The position numbers and the translations under genes were made by a program. From Candidatus Limivivens sp. (GTDB lineage: Bacteria; Bacillota; Clostridia; Lachnospirales; Lachnospiraceae), in the NCBI GenBank assembly GCA_034101475.1, contig JAXEJQ010000092.1, positions 446-64,445 of the forward strand: 64,000 bases of DNA. The letters run 5' to 3'. The stretch's first letter is position 1; every line of letters begins with the position of its first letter. Positions 58,126-64,000 of this stretch are shown here, piece by piece. Under the pieces are notes generated by a model. The model saw only the letters and a program-made list of their open reading frames with translations. It made no database searches and was not told where the DNA came from.

Positions 58126-58216
58126 CTGTTTTTCTGTTTTTCTGTTTTTCTGTTTTTCTGTTTTTCTGTTTTTCTGTTTTTCTGCTTTTCTGTTTTTCTA
58201 TTTTTCTGCTTTTCTG
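58121..58216. repeat. 8-bp simple sequence repeat (TTTTTCTG)n, about 12 units
   Basis: Eight perfect units 58121-58184, then four degenerate units. Confidence 0.93.
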
Positions 58217-58283
58217 CTATTTGTTTTTCCGTTTTTCCTCTCAGAGAGTCAGGTTCTGCCCCTGAATCGACCTCTTTAACAAA

Positions 58284-59240
58284 TTAACAAATACGATTCC
58301 GCTCTTCGCCCTTCAGAAAGGCCTCGATATTCCGATAAACTTCTTCCAGAAGTCTGGCTCTGGTTTCCACCGGTGCCCAGGCCACATGGGGCGTAATAAT
58401 CAGCTTCCGGCTGTCCTGAATGGCCAGCAGCGGATTTTCCGGTCTCATGGGCTCCACTGAGAGCACATCCAGCCCTGCCGCCGCAATCTCTCCTGTTTCC
58501 AGGGCTTCCACCAGATCTGCCTCATTGACAATCGGACCTCTGGCCAGATTCAAAAGGATCGCCGAAGGCTTCATTTTCCGGAACGCCTCCCGGTTCATCA
58601 TGCCTTCCGTAGCCGGCGTCAGCGGCGCATGAATGGAAAGAATATCCGACTCCTCAAGCAAAGTGTCCAGATCCACATGCTCGTAGGGCTCCGGTCTGGT
58701 GCAGCCGGACATGGAATGATAAAGGACGCGGCAGCCAAAGGCCTCCGCAATCCGGGCAACCTTATGCCCGATGGCTCCCATTCCGATAATGCCCCAGTTC
58801 TTTCCGGCAAGCTCATGAAACCGCTCCTGAATATGGGTGAAGGAATCACAGCTGCAGTAATTCCCGCTCTTCACATAGGCGTCGTAATAGGCAAGCTTAT
58901 GCATCACATAAAACAGCAGCGCAAAAGTATGCTGAGCCACTGCATCTGTGGAATAACCGGCCACATTCGCCACGGCAATTCCCTGTTTCCTGGTATAATC
59001 CAGATCAATCATGTTGTAGCCCGTGGCAGTGATGGCAATCATCTTCAGCCGGTCGGCTCCTGCCAGGGTCCTGGCATTCATATTGATCTTATTCACCACA
59101 ACAATATCGGCATCCGCGACTTTCTCCGGAGTATCCGCCGCGGTGCTTTGCTCATAACGGACCACCTGGCCCAGCCTTTCAAAGGCTGAAAAATCCATAT
59201 CCGATCCCAGGGTTCCCGCTTCCAGAAATACAATTTTCAT
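58284..59240 (-). CDS. D-2-hydroxyacid dehydrogenase (glycerate dehydrogenase-like)
   Basis: ATGYN, GIIGMGAIG Rossmann motif, NLARG, DVLSVEP, TPHVAW. Confidence 0.92.
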   Translation of the reverse strand: MKIVFLEAGTLGSDMDFSAFERLGQVVRYEQSTAADTPEKVADADIVVVNKINMNARTLAGADRLKMIAITATGYNMIDLDYTRKQGIAVANVAGYSTDAVAQHTFALLFYVMHKLAYYDAYVKSGNYCSCDSFTHIQERFHELAGKNWGIIGMGAIGHKVARIAEAFGCRVLYHSMSGCTRPEPYEHVDLDTLLEESDILSIHAPLTPATEGMMNREAFRKMKPSAILLNLARGPIVNEADLVEALETGEIAAAGLDVLSVEPMRPENPLLAIQDSRKLIITPHVAWAPVETRARLLEEVYRNIEAFLKGEERNRIC

Positions 59241-59248
59241 ACCATATC

Positions 59249-60598
59249 CTACAGTCTCTTTAAGAGCTCTTCTCTTTCCTTCTCGTAGCCCGGTTTTCCA
59301 AGCAGTGCGAACATATTTTTCTTGTAGCTCTCAACACCCGGCTGGTTAAACGGATTCACACCCAGCAGATAGCCGCTGACACCGCATGCGAACTCAAAGA
59401 AATAGAACAGCTCGCCCAGAGAATGCTCGTCCATAGCCGGAATGCTCACCAGCAGATTCGGCACATTGCCGTCGGTATGTGCCAGAATAGTGCCGTTCAT
59501 GGCGCTCTTGTTAACAAAATCCATATCCTTTCCGGCCAGATAGTTCAGGCCGTCCAGATCCACCGGTTCCTCACCGATCACGATCTGTTTTCTCGGTTTC
59601 TCCACCTTCATAACCGTCTCAAACATGATTCTGGCACCGTCCTGAATAAACTGGCCCATGGAATGCAGATCTGTGGTCAGGTCTACCGCAGCCGGGAACA
59701 GGCCCTTCTGGTCCTTGCCTTCCGACTCACCGTAAAGCTGTTTCCACCATTCATTGATATAGTGCAGGCTCGGCTCATAGTTGCACAGGATTTCCACGGA
59801 TTTGCCTTTGCGCAGGAGGATGTTGCGGACTGCCGCATAGAGCAACGCGTCATTTTCCTCAAATTCATTTTCCAGTGCACGTTTTCTTCCGTCTGCCGCA
59901 CCCTGCATCAGAGCTTCAATATCTGCTCCGCTGGCAGCGATGGGAAGCAGGCCGACTGCTGTTAAAACAGAGAAACGTCCTCCCACATCATCCGGAACCA
60001 CAAAGGTTTCATAGCCTTCCTCGGTAGCCAGGTTTTTCAGGGCTCCTCTGGCCTTGTCCGTGGTGGCATAAATTCTCCTGGCAGCGCCCTCTTTGCCGTA
60101 TTTTTTCTCCAGCATTGCCTTAAAGACACGGAATGCGATGGCCGGCTCTGTGGTGGTGCCGGATTTGGAAATAACGTTTACGGAGAAATCCCGGTCTCCG
60201 ATGACGTCAACCAGCTCTGCCAGGTAGGTGCTGCTGATGCTGTTGCCCACGAAATAGATTTCCGGAGTCTTCCGGATCTCTTTGGAAACCACATTGTAAA
60301 AGCTGTGGCGCAGGAATTCAACGGCCGCTCTGGCTCCCAGATAAGAACCGCCGATACCGATCACCACCAGTACCTCGCTGTCCTCCTGAATCTTCTTCGC
60401 CGCTGCCTGGATCCGCGCAAACTCTTCCTTGTCATAGTCTACCGGAAGATCGATCCATCCCAGAAAGTCATTGCCGGCTCCGCTTCTGCTGACCAGAACT
60501 TCCTTCGCGTCCGCCACCAGTTTCTTCATGGACTCCATTTCATTGTCACGGATAAATGCCTTCGCCTTGGAATAATCAAACGTTACTCTGTTTTCCAT
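59249..60598 (-). CDS. pgi: Glucose-6-phosphate isomerase
   Basis: [47 protein letters not shown]. Confidence 0.98.
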   Translation of the reverse strand: MENRVTFDYSKAKAFIRDNEMESMKKLVADAKEVLVSRSGAGNDFLGWIDLPVDYDKEEFARIQAAAKKIQEDSEVLVVIGIGGSYLGARAAVEFLRHSFYNVVSKEIRKTPEIYFVGNSISSTYLAELVDVIGDRDFSVNVISKSGTTTEPAIAFRVFKAMLEKKYGKEGAARRIYATTDKARGALKNLATEEGYETFVVPDDVGGRFSVLTAVGLLPIAASGADIEALMQGAADGRKRALENEFEENDALLYAAVRNILLRKGKSVEILCNYEPSLHYINEWWKQLYGESEGKDQKGLFPAAVDLTTDLHSMGQFIQDGARIMFETVMKVEKPRKQIVIGEEPVDLDGLNYLAGKDMDFVNKSAMNGTILAHTDGNVPNLLVSIPAMDEHSLGELFYFFEFACGVSGYLLGVNPFNQPGVESYKKNMFALLGKPGYEKEREELLKRL

Positions 60599-60827
60599 AA
60601 TTTCAGCTCTCCTTAATCATAATGGTAATTTCAATAATGATCTGCATTATTTTCTTTCATTGTAGCAGACTCCCCCTCCATTCGCAAGACAAAATCGTGT
60701 GAAATCCTGCTCCGGAAATACAGGAAGCGTTGCAAGGAAGCCGTTTTTGCCGCAGCAGCTGTCCGCCGGGAATTCCGATGCATGGATTTTCCGGAATTCC
60801 CGAGCCGTACTGCAGACACCCGGTACA

Positions 60828-61622
60828 CTAAGAAAGAAACTCCTTCAGGACCTCCCGTATCACCCGTTCCTGCTCTTTGGGATCCATCTGTTTCAGAATT
60901 TCCGTATTACGCTCTTTTTCCTGAGAAGCCGCAGATTCGCTTAGCCCCTCCTTTATCCGGGAGAGATTTTCCTTCAGTTCCCGCTTATCCCTCTGCGCCT
61001 TTGTCTCCTTCAGCTTCAGATGGCGTTCCCGGGGCGCAGGCTTCAGAGATACCGGCTGAGCTTTCTCCGCTTCTCCCCTGGAGGCCGGCATCTTTGCCGG
61101 CTCCAGAGCCGCTGCCGCCTCTGCCGTCCGGCAGGCATCTTCCCCCAGAGTATTTTCCAGGTAATCCAGAAGGCAGGTTTCCAGGTTTCTTTTCTTATAT
61201 CCGTTATCCGCCAGCAGATAAGCCAGCAGGGTAATCACAGCTGCCCCGCCGATCCCCAACAGATAGCTCTGCTGTACGGCTGTTCCCATCTCTCTTGTTC
61301 CTGCCAGGTACCAGCCTGCTATACCGAAAAGCAGCACCAGGGCCATGGCCTGAAAGCCTGTCCGCTGCCAGCTGTGAAGGCTGCGTCCCAGAATCTGATA
61401 TTCCATCAGACTGTTTTCAATGAGTATGGCATGGTTGCGGCTTGTGGATATCCGCTGGCGTATCCTTTTCATAAGCTTCCCCTGAGCCTGCCCGCCTCTG
61501 GCCGTGTCCTTTGCCAGACGCACATAGACTCTTCCCAGAAAGATCTGGCTGAGCACTCCAAGGATACATACCGCTGCCATTGCATAAAACAGTGTGTTCG
61601 TCTCCATAATGAACTGTAACAT
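60828..61622 (-). CDS. Hypothetical membrane protein
   Basis: Three hydrophobic segments and a charged C-terminus. Start at MLQFIM (61622). Confidence 0.75.
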   Translation of the reverse strand: MLQFIMETNTLFYAMAAVCILGVLSQIFLGRVYVRLAKDTARGGQAQGKLMKRIRQRISTSRNHAILIENSLMEYQILGRSLHSWQRTGFQAMALVLLFGIAGWYLAGTREMGTAVQQSYLLGIGGAAVITLLAYLLADNGYKKRNLETCLLDYLENTLGEDACRTAEAAAALEPAKMPASRGEAEKAQPVSLKPAPRERHLKLKETKAQRDKRELKENLSRIKEGLSESAASQEKERNTEILKQMDPKEQERVIREVLKEFLS

Positions 61623-61793
61623 AATGAATCCCCCTTTTTTCATGGTCCGCCAGCATGGGCTGGCATGGTTTGTCGGGCGCCGGCCGCCTGTCCCAGCCAT
61701 TATTACCGAATCCGGCGGATTTTGCAAGCAGATTTGTTCGACAAAAAAAGCCCGGAAACCTTGCATTTCCGGGACTTTTGGGGGATGAACCTC

Positions 61794-62495
61794 TTAAAGG
61801 TCCGATTCCAGTAATTTCTCAACCAGACGCACACAGTTCTCCGCTGCCTGGCGTTCAAAAACGTCATAATCTACGGAAGCGCTGTCATCTGCCTTGTCCG
61901 AAATCGCCCTCAAAACGACAAAAGGCGTCCTGTTCAGCCAGGCCGCATGGGCGATGGCGGCACCTTCCATTTCAGTGCAGAATGCGTCGAAATTTTTTAA
62001 GATCCGATCCTTGACTTCACGGCTGGATACGAACTGATCACCGCTGACAATTCTTCCATGAAAGACCTGAATTCCAGGATTAACCTCTTTACATGCCTTC
62101 TCAGCCAGCTCACAAAGACGTTCATCCGCCTGGAAGGTGTCCACATCCATCTGGGGAATCTTCCCCAGCGGATACCCAAAGCCCGTGGCATCCATATCAT
62201 GGTACAGCAGATCCGTAGAAACCACAATATCGCCGATGTTGATCTCCTTTCTCAGAGAACCTGCGACACCGGTGTTGATCAGTGCCTCCGCTCCAAAATC
62301 ATTGATCAGAATGTGGGCGCAGATTGCCGCGTTAACCTTTCCAATCCCGCTGCGGACAACCACAGCGTCGTGGCCGGAGAGTACGCCCTCACAGAATTCC
62401 ATCCCTGCCTTTTTCACCGTACGCCGAACCTTCATGTGCTTTTTGAGGGTCTCAACTTCCACTTCCATTGCTCCTATAATACCGATTGTTCTCAT
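61794..62495 (-). CDS. mtnN: 5'-methylthioadenosine/S-adenosylhomocysteine nucleosidase
   Basis: IGIIGAMEVEV, SGIGKVNAA, INTGVAG, SGDQFV, TEMEGAAIA, LRAISDKAD. Start at MRTIG (62495). Confidence 0.96.
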   Translation of the reverse strand: MRTIGIIGAMEVEVETLKKHMKVRRTVKKAGMEFCEGVLSGHDAVVVRSGIGKVNAAICAHILINDFGAEALINTGVAGSLRKEINIGDIVVSTDLLYHDMDATGFGYPLGKIPQMDVDTFQADERLCELAEKACKEVNPGIQVFHGRIVSGDQFVSSREVKDRILKNFDAFCTEMEGAAIAHAAWLNRTPFVVLRAISDKADDSASVDYDVFERQAAENCVRLVEKLLESDL

Positions 62496-62632
62496 CTTTC
62501 TGTCCTTTCTGAATCCAAAATGCCCCGAAGAGGCCGTCCACAGTCCAGCTTCGCTCAGATCCGCTGCTTCGCAGCGGCCTGCCCTACGGCTGGAACCGTA
62601 TTTATTATAACCTCTCCGGGACATTCTGTAAA
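62496..62632 (-). promoter_or_regulatory. mtnN promoter and structured ~100-nt leader
   Basis: TTTACA-17 bp-TATAAT (62604-62632); leader hairpins at 62585-62600, 62561-62577 and 62522-62534. Confidence 0.6.
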
Positions 62633-62656
62633 TGTGAAAAACCGGCTGTTCAGATG

Positions 62657-64000
62657 CTACCACCCAAAGGATTCCCGAAGTTCACTGTTGCTTACGGAAG
62701 CCATCAGGGAATCCATATCTGCTGTCAAAAGATCCAGTATCTTCCCTTCCAGCTCCATGACTTCCCCCTGTAACGGACCGATGCCGCAGCTTCCACTTAT
62801 GACAATATCTCCCATTCCATACGGAGAAATCAATCGCAGTTCATTAAGCACGATCTCCAGATCCTCGCCTTTTTCCTCCTGTTCCAGATATCCGTACATG
62901 GTAAAGGGAACCGGATCATCGTAATTAAGGGAAATACTGCCGTTTCCATTCATCACATCCGTGGCAGTGTCTATCGTTGAATTCAGTATAATATTCGTTC
63001 CCCAATTTCTGGTGCGAACCCCAAGTTCGATATCCTGGATATGACTGCTTCCTTCCTCTTCTGTCTTCCCGGAATAATAAAGATAATTAATCCCTTCACG
63101 GTAAAGAACCATGATCTCGTTGTTCAGAGGATTCACGTTCATTCTCAATATCTTTATTAATATATTCCCGTTGCTGTCGATAGTATCGGAACTGGTTGCT
63201 TCAAAAGTCAGGCTTGCAATTTCATTTTCCGGAGTAAAATAAATTTCCCCTTCCAGATGATTAAAAGGTACAAGATCAATCCCATCTTCCAGAATTGCAG
63301 ATATCGCTTTTTCCCTGTCAGAAAGGATCTCCCAGACCATATCTGTCACTTCATCGACTCTTTCCCGCATTTCGGACTGCGTCGGCATATGGCCGAAGGA
63401 TCCTTCCACCGTCTCCGGTGACACTCCACGCACAACATCCATTGCATCATAAAGGATATGAACGATCAAATCCCTGGGAATTTCCTCTCTGTTTTCCGAA
63501 AGCACCGCTCCTATTAATTGCGACATCTGCAATTGGTCAGCAAAAAAGCTGTATCCCGTACAGGTCACTACCTTTCCGTTCAGATTAATATTCTGTTTCG
63601 CGTCCTGAATGAGGGGGATTATCTGCTCCTCTTTGTTAATCTGGAAAATCGTAGAAATCAGCTCATTCATCTGAACTTCTTTTCCTTCCGGTTTCCAGAA
63701 CAGCATTGGCATAAGGCCCTGAATGCCGGACTCAAAACTGTCCGTTCTGTCACGATCCAGATCCCTTTCCATTTCTGTAAGAATCGGCGAATTAAGCAGC
63801 TGAACAGACAGATCCTTTCCGTAGTTCACTTCATATAAGTACTTATCAGAAACCTCTGAACACTTCGCCTGCAGCTTTTCACTGTCCAGATAGAAGCCCA
63901 AATCCATACTGTTATACGGCACACCATTACTTCCCATTTCGTCCAGCCCCAAAACCATTCTCTTTTTCTGATTTACATCATCACAGGCTGCACTGCCATA
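62657..64000 (-). CDS. Large hypothetical protein, 3' part (starts beyond the window)
   Basis: The frame stays open from the track's ATG (63958) to the window edge; acidic; no motif recognised. Confidence 0.75.
   Translation of the reverse strand, partial: YGSAACDDVNQKKRMVLGLDEMGSNGVPYNSMDLGFYLDSEKLQAKCSEVSDKYLYEVNYGKDLSVQLLNSPILTEMERDLDRDRTDSFESGIQGLMPMLFWKPEGKEVQMNELISTIFQINKEEQIIPLIQDAKQNINLNGKVVTCTGYSFFADQLQMSQLIGAVLSENREEIPRDLIVHILYDAMDVVRGVSPETVEGSFGHMPTQSEMRERVDEVTDMVWEILSDREKAISAILEDGIDLVPFNHLEGEIYFTPENEIASLTFEATSSDTIDSNGNILIKILRMNVNPLNNEIMVLYREGINYLYYSGKTEEEGSSHIQDIELGVRTRNWGTNIILNSTIDTATDVMNGNGSISLNYDDPVPFTMYGYLEQEEKGEDLEIVLNELRLISPYGMGDIVISGSCGIGPLQGEVMELEGKILDLLTADMDSLMASVSNSELRESFGW

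Noticed and set aside
62496-62600. Known SAM-I, SMK or SAH riboswitch, or a self-cleaving ribozyme
   Set aside because: No AUC..AGA/GAU core, no SMK or SAH consensus, and no CUGANGA/GAAA hammerhead core; kept only as an unclassified candidate.
6176-62663. N-terminal extensions given by the ORF track (tilS, spoIIE, nrdD, TPR protein, mtnN, cotS-like and others)
   Set aside because: They run through promoters, terminators or repeats; downstream starts have good RBSs and match family N-termini.
862-63838. Long antisense and alternate-frame ORFs in the track (e.g. 862-2625, 2681-4096, 20325-22529, 23133-24356, 46078-47382)
   Set aside because: They shadow well-supported genes on the opposite strand, lack RBSs and family motifs, and are expected from codon bias at this GC content.
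1-64000. Prophage, integrative element, defence island, rRNA or tRNA genes
   Set aside because: No integrase, transposase, phage structural, restriction-modification or toxin motifs, and no tRNA/rRNA signatures were recognised.

Overview
Chromosomal window from a sporulating, ~50% GC clostridial firmicute; a Lachnospiraceae-like origin is inferred from gene order and protein families. 1-22.5 kb is a carbohydrate-utilisation region: GH1 (partial, missed by the ORF track), GH2 beta-mannosidase, GH43, an MBL-fold hydrolase, two sugar ABC systems, tandem LacI paralogues, a Nif3-like protein coupled to an esterase, a two-component system with a frameshifted kinase, and a GH13. 23-39 kb is the conserved pgm-mazG-hup-yabO-yabP-yabQ-divIC-spoIIE-tilS-hpt-ftsH block plus cotS-like, cca and uppP. 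39-64 kb is mixed: an Ig-like/Cys-His surface protein with a two-component system, csp, nrdD fused to a redoxin, hflX, a dinB remnant, CBS-PPase, S1 protein, cobO, EIIC-like permease, serine hydrolase, pgi and mtnN. I saw no rRNA, tRNA, CRISPR array, transposase, integrase, prophage or recognisable defence system. The least explained signal is non-coding: several families of palindromic/modular intergenic elements (including a ~730-bp foldback element with an amplified 37-38-bp arm repeat), an orphan promoter with four 11-bp-phased boxes driving a probable sRNA, and a pseudoknot-capable leader in front of mtnN. Protein-level oddities are a class III RNR with a fused CxxC redoxin, a membrane-less SpoIIE with the classical 21-bp-spacer promoter, and solute-binding proteins without a lipobox. 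All assignments are by eye; no database searches were run.
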